Shown in pieces: positions 54,901-64,000 of a stretch of 64,000 nt of DNA. The translations under genes were made by a program, and so were the position numbers. The notes under the pieces are model-generated. The model saw only the letters and a list, made by a program, of their open reading frames with translations. It was not told where the DNA came from and ran no database searches. The stretch spans positions 64,001-128,000 of IMG/VR virus record IMGVR_UViG_3300030202_003733; one strand, 5' to 3'. Numbering within the stretch: position 1 is the first letter of the stretch; every line of letters starts with the position of its first letter. This stretch comes from a virus.

Positions 54901-57900
54901 GTTTATAGTTGCTACAACGAGACCAGTTTCAAAATCCTCGTTAGGATCAAGTGACCAGGCACTTTGTTCTATCCCGTCCATACCAAAAACCGTCTTTTTG
55001 TCAGCACCAAGGGTGGTCCTTTTCAGTCTATCGTCTCTCCAGAAATTGTTTGCAAAGTCAGTTCTTTCTCTAATTTTATTAGAATACACATTTTTTTCAG
55101 AGGGATAAACGGTTTCCGAGCACACTAGCTTAATAAAATTATCTCTGTTATATTTATCCTTCATAATATTATAAGTTAATTTCTTGTCAGAGACGGGTGT
55201 ATATCTACGTGACAATTCGTCGTTGCTGTACAAAGAAACCACATTTGCATATGAGCTTTTAACAGAGATGGGAACTGAGTTATGCATGATCACTTGCTGG
55301 ACCGGCTTATACTTGGATATAACAGGCGATTCTCTATAGTGTAGTATCTTGCCATACCTTGCCGGGGCCTGTACCTCATACGCGGAGCCAGTATCGGAAC
55401 CCCTTGTATGCCTTGTAATTGTATCTTCTTGTAAAACAGATACCGTATGGTTGGCAACCAATGCCCTGGCAACAGGGTGCTCCCCTGTCCTAATCTGCTT
55501 CCACATGGGGTATCCGTAAGGGCCGTTCCTTTGGAGCATTAAGCCATTAAAAATAGCCACTGTGGCTAGGGCCTCGCTTGTACGCATCCTCTGAACAAAA
55601 GCCTCTGCATTAACGGTCGCGCCTTGCCATAGCTTTCCACCTTCATCGCCATGATTAAGATAATAGCCAACATCGTGGTCAAGGACATAGCCAAGTTGAT
55701 TGTCTGACGCCGTTACAGGGTCCCTTATCCCTAAATTAAGTTTTACAAAAGCAGCAACGGGAGAGTGTTCTCCAAAAGCAATTCCAGTTGCTTCTTTTGG
55801 ATTGTAAACAAAGACCGCTTGGGGAGCCTGTCTCGTTGTTTTGAAATCGCTCGCGCTTGCAAAAGTAATAGCCGAGCTATAACCAGAAGAAGCAGAGTAC
55901 TCACCATCGGGGTGAGCATAACCAAGAATCTCTGCGGATTTAGACCCATGAAGATAGTCAGATCCCTTGTTTGCCAAAGCGCCCGTTATCCAAGCATACT
56001 GCAAGTCGCTCTGGGGAATAGGCATGCTCACAAAGCCATTACTAAACACCGTGCCCGTTGTATAGTTGGCAGGCTGAAAATCTTTTCTGGAGTTGCCGCC
56101 AGCATGGGTGTCTGTTTCTTTGTACACTATTTGCCTACGAGTGTTTCTATTGGTGTTATGGAAGCTCGCAACGGTCGTAGAACCAGATTTATATCCAAGA
56201 CTCTCAGCATGTTCTTTAAGGAACGTCCTGTTCAGAACCTTTCTTACGGACATATTTCTTGTGTTAAGGTCGTTGTAAGGCGAGTATTGTCCAGACTCAA
56301 AGTCCAAGCCAACACCACCAAGTGCATCTCCTGCGGTTTCGGGGCCTCCCGGAGCCGAGAACCTTTCCACAATAACATGCTCCGACTTATCTCGGGCAAC
56401 TTTTTCATAATCATTTACTCCGGAGACAAAAGTTGATACAAGAGCGCCTGTAGTAAAACCCTCAGATTTTATTAAAGTTCTATTGTTCAACGATCTGTCA
56501 GAGGACATGACCAGTTCATAATGTTTTGTAAAGTTGCCTATGCTGCTTACCAACGTACCAGAGACGTGGCGGGTGTGGTCATGTCTATGTTTAATATTTC
56601 TGATATTCACCGGTCTTTTTGCCACCTCTTCCCTCATAAACATAGCCTTTGGCCTTGTGGGGTTACCCCCATGCGCGGGGTGAAAAAAGCTAACGCCCTC
56701 AGTGGGAAGACGAAGATCCCAGGCTTCGGGGCGATCTGGGAATCCAAATGAATTTACGTTGGCATTGTAAGTAAGGTCATTGTCTGGGCGACCTGGGTTG
56801 AGGTTTTGGGTGAGAAATACGTGTCTGTGTTGGTGGCCCCCAACAAATCTTTCGGTGAATGGTCCCTGCATCCCGTGCTCACCAGAGTCGTACCCGTCAA
56901 CGTGCAGGTTATCAATTGATGTAGCCTCATCATTAAGAAGTTGGTGGTAGCCTGTTTGAATGGATTGATTGGACGCTGAGCCCAGCGCTGAGGGGGTGAA
57001 TGGAAGAATTTTAGATGCTTCTAGTAAATTTTCGTCGCGGACGCCACCACCTCCGGAATATTTCCTCACCTGTTTTATCTTATACTTCTGTTTTAAATTT
57101 GGATTTACTTCATCGTTTACATTCACGTTATACAATGAGGTTGAATCCTCAGTATATTTATCTGTGACAAATACTAGGCGTTGGTTGGGGGAGTGGTCAA
57201 AAGGCAAATTGGCCTTGAAAGCAAAGGGCTTCTTGCCCTCAGGGAAATTCACACCATTATGGATATAATTTTTTCTTGTATAATTGCCAGGATTTGTAGT
57301 GTTATAACCATGGGTATCTGACCTACCAGTTATTTTCAATGGAACACTGTTGTTTCTTTTTTGATTCTGTCTTGATATGTTCAGCAGGTTCTTCTTGACA
57401 GAAGTAACAATATTGCTGACCCCTGTGTTTAAGCTGGCGTTGTCTCTCTCGGCCCTGTTTTTCCACCAATAAGCGTTGTCTTTCTCACTTGCGCGGCGTC
57501 CACCAGTGAAACCAGCAATCGTAGTTTGGCTTATGTCGTCGGTAATAGTTGTATTGGCAGAGTCTCCTATATGAGCCTGCGTAAGGGTTATGGACTGCTC
57601 CCCGTCGTCCTCGTCTGGCACAGCAGAGACAGTAATTTTACCATTGTGCCCATTCGCGTGTTCTATTGCAGCCTTGAGTTGAACAAGAAAATCGTTTTGT
57701 GTTGAAACAGTGCCAGTTGTGTTGATGGCGACAGCAATTCCCCTTGCCAGTGCTGAGCCTGCTGTGCTCGCGCCTGTGTCTGTCCCAGCCTCTAAAACAG
57801 TTCCGGTTGCGACAGTCGTCGCGTTATCATCAACGATAACATAAGTTAACTCTTGGCCGTCAGCAGAAGTTATAACTATGCTTTCTTTTTCACTCATGCC

Positions 57901-60900
57901 ACAATTAGCGTCTCCATCTGCGACAGTAATAGTTGCAGTTGCAAAAGCCGGGCTAACAGTCGGAGCGTGTGCGTATCTCCAGTTCAGGGTGTTGGGGTCT
58001 GGATAAAAATAATTTACGCCTTTTATCCCAGCCTCGATCGTTCCTTTTTTAAGTTCAAGACCGGGGAACTTATTGTGATATTTACTTCTTTCTAGGGCAT
58101 GGCTTTCAATAACAGTCCTAACTTCTCCAGAAGAATTAGCAGATATTGGAACCAACTGATTAAGAAACTCTGACAAGGACGAGTCTAACCATTTATAATA
58201 TTTAACATACTTGTCAATGTCTGGGGCGTTAAACTGCTTTTCAAAGAAAAGCTGCCTTAGCTTGCCCATTTCTTTATAATCTTGCCTATATCTGTTGACC
58301 GGGTCTCCGATCAAATTATTAAAACCTACTATCGTGGAAAATAAATTAATCATCTCCTCGGAGATCGTTTGATACATGCTCTTTTCGATAGCAAAGAAAT
58401 TGTTTATTGGTCTGCTTGTTCTATCAAACTGTTCGTCATCAAACGTAAGAATATTAACTGTATCTGAACTATCTAGAACTTCAGGCAGTCTCTGTCTTGA
58501 AGCATAAACAAGCCTCTCATTAATGGACCCAGTATTATCTGTCTCGAAACTATAGCCCCTACCCCCAAAATAAGACTGTAAATTAAATTTAGTATTGGCC
58601 GCCACTATCGGATATCTGTCACCCTTTAGCCCATAGGATCCGGGGTGAGCGGTGCTATAAGCTTCGCTACTGCCAGAACTAAAGTCTCTAACTTGAAACT
58701 GTCCGTCAGTGTCCGAGCCTGTGACATCTGCAAAATTCCAATGAAGCAACAAGGTGTCCATTTCTGGAATATATGAACTACTGATGCCATCCGGGCTATT
58801 TATCAAATGATCCTGTTTCTCACGGAAAAACGCGGCATTTCTGTAAGGGTTTGGAGTCCCGTATGAAAGTGGATCTTTTGCGTGAGCTAAAATAGTATCA
58901 TTATCTATGTTATGTTGCCAAAGTCTAAAAGAAGTTGCCTCAACATCAGAAAATTGTGCGACTGCGCCAGTAAAATTTTCACGGCGGGCACCGACATAAT
59001 ATCGTCTATTAACAGAGATGTATCTCGCAGCCGTTGAGGTCGTAGAACTAGTGGTTAGAAGAAACTCATTTTGAACAGCGCCCAGTTTAGTGTTGACACC
59101 ATAGAATTCAAATTCCATATAATTGTCCCCAGTCTTAAAAACGTTGGAGCCTGTGGTGAGCCCAATTTGAGAGGACTTCTGTTTCGGGTTCAGACGCCTA
59201 ACCGCAAAATTCCATTTAGTATCATCATATACATCCTTAAACAAGCTTGTCGTAAGATGGACCGTTACCGAGCCCGCCTGGAGGCTGCTCGTCAGCAAGA
59301 AGTAGGCATCTTTAGAGCCAACTTCAGGGCGGATTGCAAACAATTGCAAACCCCACTCGGATCCATTGCCTATTCCCAACCACTTGAACGCAGCGGGATT
59401 CTTCGCGCTCTGCACACCGTGGGAACCATAGATTGAAGATGTGATAAACGGAGTTATAAAATAATTTTTAGAATTTACTGGGGGTTTCTTGGGGAAAATT
59501 ACTTCAATTTCTTCAGTGAAATCAAAGTGCTCTCCCAGATTCGTCGCGCTGCCAGAGACATTCGTAACGGCGTGGCCGTATTCTGATTCCCCCGTCGCAA
59601 CGGTGTCAGAGGAGGACTGTTGAACAACAACCCCAGCGAATCTGTTGGGATGGTTGAAGCTGACATAATTTTTTCTAACAGCAGTATCTTTCCGGTTATC
59701 TTCCAATTTATAAGTAACATTATCGCCATACATGTTAATTTTGATTAGCTCATCATCGACGCCATAACATCTAATAAGATTTCTAAAAGATTTTTCTGTT
59801 CCCTTTGATTTATAAATGTAAGTCAGATTATTGTAGATATTTTGATAAATTAGATTTTTTATATCACTTAACTCTTCTTCATAGATCCTTTCTCCGTCTT
59901 TTGATTTGATTCTAGAGACTATATCAGAGTCAACAAAAATTTCCGGTGTCATCATACCCGCATTCTCTAAAAGTTTATTAGAAAACGGATAAGGTTTTAA
60001 ACTTGAGCTTGTATAGCGTGTATCTTTTATATCAGGTATTTCTCGAACTTGTAAATGAAGCTGGTCGAAGTAGCTGGCTATTATCTGGGTGAGATTTAGT
60101 ATCTCACCCTTCTTTTCTTGATGGCTATCTTCATCGATTATCCAAGATGGAAGCGTATAATAAATTGATGAGTTGTTTATATAGTCATGAGCACTGCCGG
60201 ACGATTGAAGTTCTGCGTACAGATTGGCAACATCAGCGTGTTCTTTGTATATTATTGGGTCTCTAAATTCTTTAAAGGCCGCGCTCGCAGATACAATAGC
60301 GGAACCAGTATTTCTAGAATTGGGTGCTCCTCCACCATAACCGGAGCCACTAACCCACGCACCATTTGAGATTCGACCCGAATAGTCTAGCACAGATGCG
60401 TCAACAGAGCTAGTGCCAGTTATACCCTCATTAAATTTATAGTAAACGCCCAACTCTGCGTTAGCTATGTCCTCGTTGGTTCCACCCCCTACTTGTGTGA
60501 ACCAATTCGTTCCTATGTCTTTGCTAGTCCTCTTGGTTTTCCAATATCTAAACTCGTCCAGAGATGCTGACAATTTGCCGTAACCATTAAAATCAGCAGA
60601 GGCAGTTGTGTCGGTGACAGTATAGGGGGCAGTTTGTATTGCTCCAAGGTATGCCTTCATCGAACCGGTTATCTCGCCCCACTGGTCGACTGACGAGGAT
60701 GTGGCCGTTTCTTTTAAAACACCATTAACATAAAATTTTGCCTCAAACGTGTTGTCTGTCTGCTGGAGAAAAGAGAACGCGTAATGGGTCCAACCAGAGG
60801 TCGCTATAGATGCTGTCGTTACGGAGGAGCTATAACCAAAGGACAAATCCCACACATTCGCGTTTGAGTTGGCCCCAGAGGCTATTTGGATTCTAAATGG

Positions 60901-61674
60901 ATCAGCGTTGTGTCCGGTCGTGCCATTATTCGCAGTGCCCGACAGGAATATGTTTAACCGACCAAACTGCTCACTACCAGAGGGTTTACCATTCCAAAGA
61001 TCAAACACGGACTCTTTATAAGAATTAGTTACATCCCATCCTTCCTTATTCATCCAGAACTCTACAGTGACACCCTTAGAAACATCAAATTTTAAGTTAG
61101 ACTCTCTGGTGCCTTTTCTGTCCCCTGCAAGGACACCTTCGGTCTCGTATATGTCTGTGTCGTATATGTTAGAAGACGAAAATGCAGAGTGTATTGTTTT
61201 GCCCACCATGCCGTTAGAAGCGGTATGTGGACCTCCCTTCACAACTATATATTCATAATCAGCGGCGGCGGGAGCACCCCATTGTTCATCGTTTGCTAGC
61301 GTATTAGCTAAGGAGCCCCATGTGTCATCACTAAATTTTATGTAACCAGTGGTTCTAGGGTAGCGCTCATTGAACACATATAGGTCTAAGTAAGAGGAGC
61401 TATTTAAAAATTGGGTTTTTTCAAGGTTTGACCCGTCATATGGATATGTTTTATATATTCTCTCCACGGCATCGGTGTAATACTTTTCGGCAGAACCATA
61501 AAAAGCAAAATTCGAAGCAGAGGAGAAATCAACATTTGGTATAAAACGAGATTTTTCTTCAAGCTTTGCCTCAATATTTTTACGAGACTCTGCCTCCAGA
61601 CCTAGTGTTTGAAGGTCTGTGGACTCTAAAACTTTAAACGAACCCGCTTTGTCAAATAAGTTCTTTGTACTCAT
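51940..61674 (-). CDS. Giant baseplate wedge/receptor-binding protein with LamG (ConA-like) domains
   Basis: 3244 aa; VTVEFWMNK...WTHYAFSF...FYVNG...LDEFRYW; YKSKGTEKSFRNLIRCYG gp7/P2-I-like motif; follows gp6-like gene. Confidence 0.7.
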   Translation of the reverse strand: MSTKNLFDKAGSFKVLESTDLQTLGLEAESRKNIEAKLEEKSRFIPNVDFSSASNFAFYGSAEKYYTDAVERIYKTYPYDGSNLEKTQFLNSSSYLDLYVFNERYPRTTGYIKFSDDTWGSLANTLANDEQWGAPAAADYEYIVVKGGPHTASNGMVGKTIHSAFSSSNIYDTDIYETEGVLAGDRKGTRESNLKFDVSKGVTVEFWMNKEGWDVTNSYKESVFDLWNGKPSGSEQFGRLNIFLSGTANNGTTGHNADPFRIQIASGANSNANVWDLSFGYSSSVTTASIATSGWTHYAFSFLQQTDNTFEAKFYVNGVLKETATSSSVDQWGEITGSMKAYLGAIQTAPYTVTDTTASADFNGYGKLSASLDEFRYWKTKRTSKDIGTNWFTQVGGGTNEDIANAELGVYYKFNEGITGTSSVDASVLDYSGRISNGAWVSGSGYGGGAPNSRNTGSAIVSASAAFKEFRDPIIYKEHADVANLYAELQSSGSAHDYINNSSIYYTLPSWIIDEDSHQEKKGEILNLTQIIASYFDQLHLQVREIPDIKDTRYTSSSLKPYPFSNKLLENAGMMTPEIFVDSDIVSRIKSKDGERIYEEELSDIKNLIYQNIYNNLTYIYKSKGTEKSFRNLIRCYGVDDELIKINMYGDNVTYKLEDNRKDTAVRKNYVSFNHPNRFAGVVVQQSSSDTVATGESEYGHAVTNVSGSATNLGEHFDFTEEIEVIFPKKPPVNSKNYFITPFITSSIYGSHGVQSAKNPAAFKWLGIGNGSEWGLQLFAIRPEVGSKDAYFLLTSSLQAGSVTVHLTTSLFKDVYDDTKWNFAVRRLNPKQKSSQIGLTTGSNVFKTGDNYMEFEFYGVNTKLGAVQNEFLLTTSSTTSTAARYISVNRRYYVGARRENFTGAVAQFSDVEATSFRLWQHNIDNDTILAHAKDPLSYGTPNPYRNAAFFREKQDHLINSPDGISSSYIPEMDTLLLHWNFADVTGSDTDGQFQVRDFSSGSSEAYSTAHPGSYGLKGDRYPIVAANTKFNLQSYFGGRGYSFETDNTGSINERLVYASRQRLPEVLDSSDTVNILTFDDEQFDRTSRPINNFFAIEKSMYQTISEEMINLFSTIVGFNNLIGDPVNRYRQDYKEMGKLRQLFFEKQFNAPDIDKYVKYYKWLDSSLSEFLNQLVPISANSSGEVRTVIESHALERSKYHNKFPGLELKKGTIEAGIKGVNYFYPDPNTLNWRYAHAPTVSPAFATATITVADGDANCGMSEKESIVITSADGQELTYVIVDDNATTVATGTVLEAGTDTGASTAGSALARGIAVAINTTGTVSTQNDFLVQLKAAIEHANGHNGKITVSAVPDEDDGEQSITLTQAHIGDSANTTITDDISQTTIAGFTGGRRASEKDNAYWWKNRAERDNASLNTGVSNIVTSVKKNLLNISRQNQKRNNSVPLKITGRSDTHGYNTTNPGNYTRKNYIHNGVNFPEGKKPFAFKANLPFDHSPNQRLVFVTDKYTEDSTSLYNVNVNDEVNPNLKQKYKIKQVRKYSGGGGVRDENLLEASKILPFTPSALGSASNQSIQTGYHQLLNDEATSIDNLHVDGYDSGEHGMQGPFTERFVGGHQHRHVFLTQNLNPGRPDNDLTYNANVNSFGFPDRPEAWDLRLPTEGVSFFHPAHGGNPTRPKAMFMREEVAKRPVNIRNIKHRHDHTRHVSGTLVSSIGNFTKHYELVMSSDRSLNNRTLIKSEGFTTGALVSTFVSGVNDYEKVARDKSEHVIVERFSAPGGPETAGDALGGVGLDFESGQYSPYNDLNTRNMSVRKVLNRTFLKEHAESLGYKSGSTTVASFHNTNRNTRRQIVYKETDTHAGGNSRKDFQPANYTTGTVFSNGFVSMPIPQSDLQYAWITGALANKGSDYLHGSKSAEILGYAHPDGEYSASSGYSSAITFASASDFKTTRQAPQAVFVYNPKEATGIAFGEHSPVAAFVKLNLGIRDPVTASDNQLGYVLDHDVGYYLNHGDEGGKLWQGATVNAEAFVQRMRTSEALATVAIFNGLMLQRNGPYGYPMWKQIRTGEHPVARALVANHTVSVLQEDTITRHTRGSDTGSAYEVQAPARYGKILHYRESPVISKYKPVQQVIMHNSVPISVKSSYANVVSLYSNDELSRRYTPVSDKKLTYNIMKDKYNRDNFIKLVCSETVYPSEKNVYSNKIRERTDFANNFWRDDRLKRTTLGADKKTVFGMDGIEQSAWSLDPNEDFETGLVVATINYSASDKKSGELQNNYVQVHHTDKTHLTASALYARKHMLSATGSVVGYGNAGGVINIPETRSVAIPAGNFPLGVMQISGGNAAWDAGRTAGKVVDGVFVSASRNPWYDSYQDYAESLRLLNKDYSLVPEFRISEHIEKYVVSSSNNFLADNTSSFSMFGIPDSSDVPNNSSVDNFYTIFSFSDFMKYFEIMKTDHRRLAKPSSLTLKMKALKKFLPYNGFYPAERTLELASQFSKSYGKYINATSSQTVQDATLYPKAAWRPFMNWAYAPGIMYNSIKSGLAVDYPIFTGSYYVQTSGVAKGFDYHMIVSGSPRGPDPGSTGLGTASFDRRIPFEAIVNPERHVKNMTMVDMEPHTDCRLNVTASWTGDGDSLYSMMASNFFAEVPSFFLPDGKFTTLRSKPENEFKQFVPGQYYAARIKLRRSYNQPRTYVSGTGADNTTISPFPVPNLTLGEVLNNNIRETFTMYSRPSAFGPPGSGRKDGNFNRLRMDSLGGLNPGFTPPYYDGEAWYDIIFSASSDRHTLREIFTSASQVPFRFDEHTMTGPNGGPTTELCSIYSRQNINKNAMQVSASLNIFGRATEKNIEYDEFGNVTSVSDTETDNKGVWVIQPKFETPMLNFADNSVRPITASDGRFQTDINKGTLTIPQHGSESVPRGMWHQFGLMPDAPDKGIFLEIEEIPRNWIHNRLSYAPALVTNKYDSGRIKSLLDVVPFEKTSTRLGELSDSKVVKEAVVVVPFMETGAGKKFFNIPKNTIRNATPESSVGKLVTAMNEYVFPPYMDFINFPNAVKPVAMYVFEFSQTLSKDDLSYIWQNIPPDIGASFEQAESTITHPLMVGEMLKPSNMNNMKFMVFKVKQKAETNYYEQVISSKGKSDVYDFGVTLGRTQKEKYSYNWPYDFFSLVEFVKLDTEITLDTGNSATGRIESDSVPTVNNIDVSRLTIQQQSDLRAHSQHHSSEHILEMVNSMEAGMSFGDAHNEAVRKVGD

Positions 61675-63332
61675 TACTCAACCCTAAACTTAAATTTTTC
61701 CGGTTGCTCAACCCAGCTTCCCAGGCCCCCGTTGTAATATGAAAATTTTATACCGTATGCATAACCTGGCTCTAGCATATTCATGTCTATATCAAAATAA
61801 TTACCAGACACATCAAAAGACATAACGGTTTCATTGTCATCAGCATATACAGATTTGTTACCTCTGAGATCATTTCTTCTCCTGCTGCCTGTCCCGTGCG
61901 ATATGACCTCTAAGTCATCTATTATTCTATATACCAAGAACGACGCGCTATCCGGGGTAGTCATCTCAACATCAGTGCTCGCCTTAGTGTAAATAGTTGG
62001 ACTCCAGTCTTTTGTTCTTGTGAATGTTCTGAACCTTGCCCTCTCGTTTCGTGAATATGTTGGTTTTAAATTGGTCACAGAGGTTACATAATCCGTAGAT
62101 GGATTTATATTAAATGAATCAAATGTTTTTGGTTTAATTGAGCCGGTTCGAAAAATTGTCGCATTAACACCGCCGATGCCAGCGGTGCCCGCTTTTTCTA
62201 AAAGAGGATCTATGCCAACACGTAATGCACCCGCCGCAACCGAGGAAGTGTACCACACATCAAATAAATTTGTTAAAGTTGTGCCATTAGATGTCCCTGT
62301 CAAAGAAACAGAAGCAGTGTATATACCTGTGTCTATCCTCGACCCTGTGGCGACTGAAGTCAAGGCATTAGTTGTATTGCTGACGTCGCCGCCAACTGAC
62401 ATAAGAAGGGCCGCTCCCGACAATTCTGTGTTTTCAGCGTTACCAGAAAAAATACTAACAAATATTTGCTCTCCATTTGTTGCTATCGTCGGAATATCCC
62501 GTAACTGCCCCCTTACATAATTATATAAGAACAGGGTGTTTAGATTTTCCTCCAAAGGAACCATAGAAGAACTCAAATAAAAATTATTTCTATCGTCGCG
62601 GTAAGAAGAATTCCACCGCGCTTCGATCACTGGCCTTTTAAAGAAAAACTCGGAGTCTCTACCAAAAAACTTTTTGGTATAAAATGATCTAGCATCCGAC
62701 GAGTGACTAGACGAAAGCATTATCCCAAAACCATAGTTGGGCTTACCAGTGCTACCCGTTACATTTTGCATCCATTGTTCGACAAGCGAAGTGACATCAA
62801 CTTCAAGATCTTCATTACCAACCGGGAACGATGCTGTAAAAGACGAAGACACATCATCAGCGCCCCAGTAGTCCCCACCTTGGTTGAGCCATGGTACGCC
62901 GGACTGACCATTTGTTGAAGCACTGCAATTGATCCAGTTAGAGCCAGTCCCATCGTTTGTTTCGTCCGTGTAACCGTCCATATCGAGCCCATAACCCTCT
63001 TCCCAACCAGACTGTACAGGCCTTAACTCCAATACATAATCTCTAGGTAAAGTTCTGCCGTGCTCGGCGTTAAACATTTTTAGATAAAAACTAACACTTC
63101 CGCTCTCAGGCAATGAACCACTGACCCTGCTTGAGGATATTGGAGTCATCGGAAAATTTATTAGTATTCTTGATTCTTCAGTAGAAGTTGAGTCAGCCTG
63201 GGCGTATATGGAGAACACTTCCAAAATATCAGACAGCCCCATGTTGGCACCCGTAGCTCTAGTTATTAGATCACTCTTGAATGCATTCGTAATAGTGTTG
63301 TCAGCGCTCGCTGTAAACCTTGCAATACCCAT
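61674..63332 (-). CDS. DNRLRE/CBM96-like domain baseplate protein
   Basis: ADNTI...SRILINF...WEEG...W...GGDY...VDVTSLVEQWM...NYGFGI...RPVIEARW. Confidence 0.6.
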   Translation of the reverse strand: MGIARFTASADNTITNAFKSDLITRATGANMGLSDILEVFSIYAQADSTSTEESRILINFPMTPISSSRVSGSLPESGSVSFYLKMFNAEHGRTLPRDYVLELRPVQSGWEEGYGLDMDGYTDETNDGTGSNWINCSASTNGQSGVPWLNQGGDYWGADDVSSSFTASFPVGNEDLEVDVTSLVEQWMQNVTGSTGKPNYGFGIMLSSSHSSDARSFYTKKFFGRDSEFFFKRPVIEARWNSSYRDDRNNFYLSSSMVPLEENLNTLFLYNYVRGQLRDIPTIATNGEQIFVSIFSGNAENTELSGAALLMSVGGDVSNTTNALTSVATGSRIDTGIYTASVSLTGTSNGTTLTNLFDVWYTSSVAAGALRVGIDPLLEKAGTAGIGGVNATIFRTGSIKPKTFDSFNINPSTDYVTSVTNLKPTYSRNERARFRTFTRTKDWSPTIYTKASTDVEMTTPDSASFLVYRIIDDLEVISHGTGSRRRNDLRGNKSVYADDNETVMSFDVSGNYFDIDMNMLEPGYAYGIKFSYYNGGLGSWVEQPEKFKFRVE

Positions 63333-64000
63333 TAACTTACGGCCCCTTTAATGTCGTTATCGGGGAATTTAATTTCTAACACGACGTTTTCTGGGACACT
63401 CACATACCTGCCGTCAGCGGACATAAGCGTGTCAATGTCCAGTGCTACACTAGCGTAACTACCCCCAGTTTTCTGCACGACTTTAACATTTTTGGTATCT
63501 ACAACTCCCCTAACCTTATTAAGTATGCTGTAGACTTCCGATACGTACATCGGCTCTCCTATATACAGTGGTTCGCGATAGCGCTCTCTCAATGCCAATA
63601 CACAATTGGACAAAACATCAAAACGGTTCTCTTGATCACCCACAACAACTTCAAACTCAATACCAATATTTGCTATTTTAGCATCTAAAATATCAATCGT
63701 GTCATTAATCATTTTATATTTAGAAAGCCAAGTTTTTAAATTCTCCTTGATGGTGGTATTGGCACCAGTCAATTTTTTAAATGAATTTTCAGCTATGACA
63801 TATAAATTTAAATTTCTTTTAAGTGAATCTGGGTCGCGAACAATCCTACACCGTTTTATAGAACCAAATTTTTCCGGCATGGCGTAGACTGCTGCCTCAT
63901 AGTCTTGCTGGGTTACTGCCCTGTTCTGCGTGGCAAAATGATCAATAGTTCTTCTTCTTAGTTCTTCGGCAGTCGGTAAAGAAATATCTCCCACAATTGG
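63332..64000 (-). CDS. Baseplate wedge protein (gp6/baseplate J-like), C-terminal part, truncated by window
   Basis: FATQNRAVTQQDYEAAV...KFGSIKR; LKTWLSKYKMIND. Confidence 0.85.
   Translation of the reverse strand, partial: PIVGDISLPTAEELRRRTIDHFATQNRAVTQQDYEAAVYAMPEKFGSIKRCRIVRDPDSLKRNLNLYVIAENSFKKLTGANTTIKENLKTWLSKYKMINDTIDILDAKIANIGIEFEVVVGDQENRFDVLSNCVLALRERYREPLYIGEPMYVSEVYSILNKVRGVVDTKNVKVVQKTGGSYASVALDIDTLMSADGRYVSVPENVVLEIKFPDNDIKGAVS

Noticed and set aside
1457-63887. Dozens of plus-strand and short alternate-frame ORFs in the track
   Set aside because: All overlap long minus-strand genes, lack SDs and recognisable motifs; antisense shadows
1-64000. Alternative genetic code (stop-codon recoding), common in some large phages
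   Set aside because: Conserved genes (terminase, portal, MCP, 3244-aa protein) are full length under code 11 and tightly packed
1-64000. CRISPR array, tRNA genes, introns/inteins, homing endonucleases
   Set aside because: No regularly spaced repeats, cloverleaves, intein motifs or HNH/GIY-YIG/LAGLIDADG ORFs recognised by eye; tRNAscan-SE would be needed to exclude tRNAs fully

Overview
64 kb of a large T4-like (contractile-tailed) bacteriophage genome. Essentially all real genes lie on the minus strand and use the standard code; the many plus-strand ORFs are antisense shadows. In transcription order (right to left): baseplate wedge (gp6-like, truncated), a DNRLRE-type protein, a 3244-aa LamG baseplate/receptor-binding protein and several baseplate/tail-fibre adaptors; RuvC-like resolvase; three large multidomain proteins sharing an N-terminal MK(I)xKxxLxx(I/M)(I/V)xEE tag, interleaved with a phosphodiester glycosidase and a primase; a fused SbcD-SbcC nuclease; a holin/spanin-like cassette; terminase, portal, prohead protease, ribosomal protein bS21, scaffold, major capsid, neck, sheath, tube, a frameshifted tail chaperone pair, tape measure, tube initiator, LysM/gp53 and hub; then the start of an unidentified gene. 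Two promoter classes are visible: 13 copies of ACTA(A/T/C)TTA near gene starts (candidate late promoter) and sigma70 consensus promoters before the chaperone, SbcDC and probably glycosidase-primase genes. The most novel candidate system is the set of tagged, probably capsid-packaged and protease-processed cargo polyproteins. Their domains include an annexin-like repeat with a glycine zipper and LysM, an amidase plus lysozyme pair, and an HhH glycosylase-like domain. All family assignments come from motif recognition by eye; no database searches were run.
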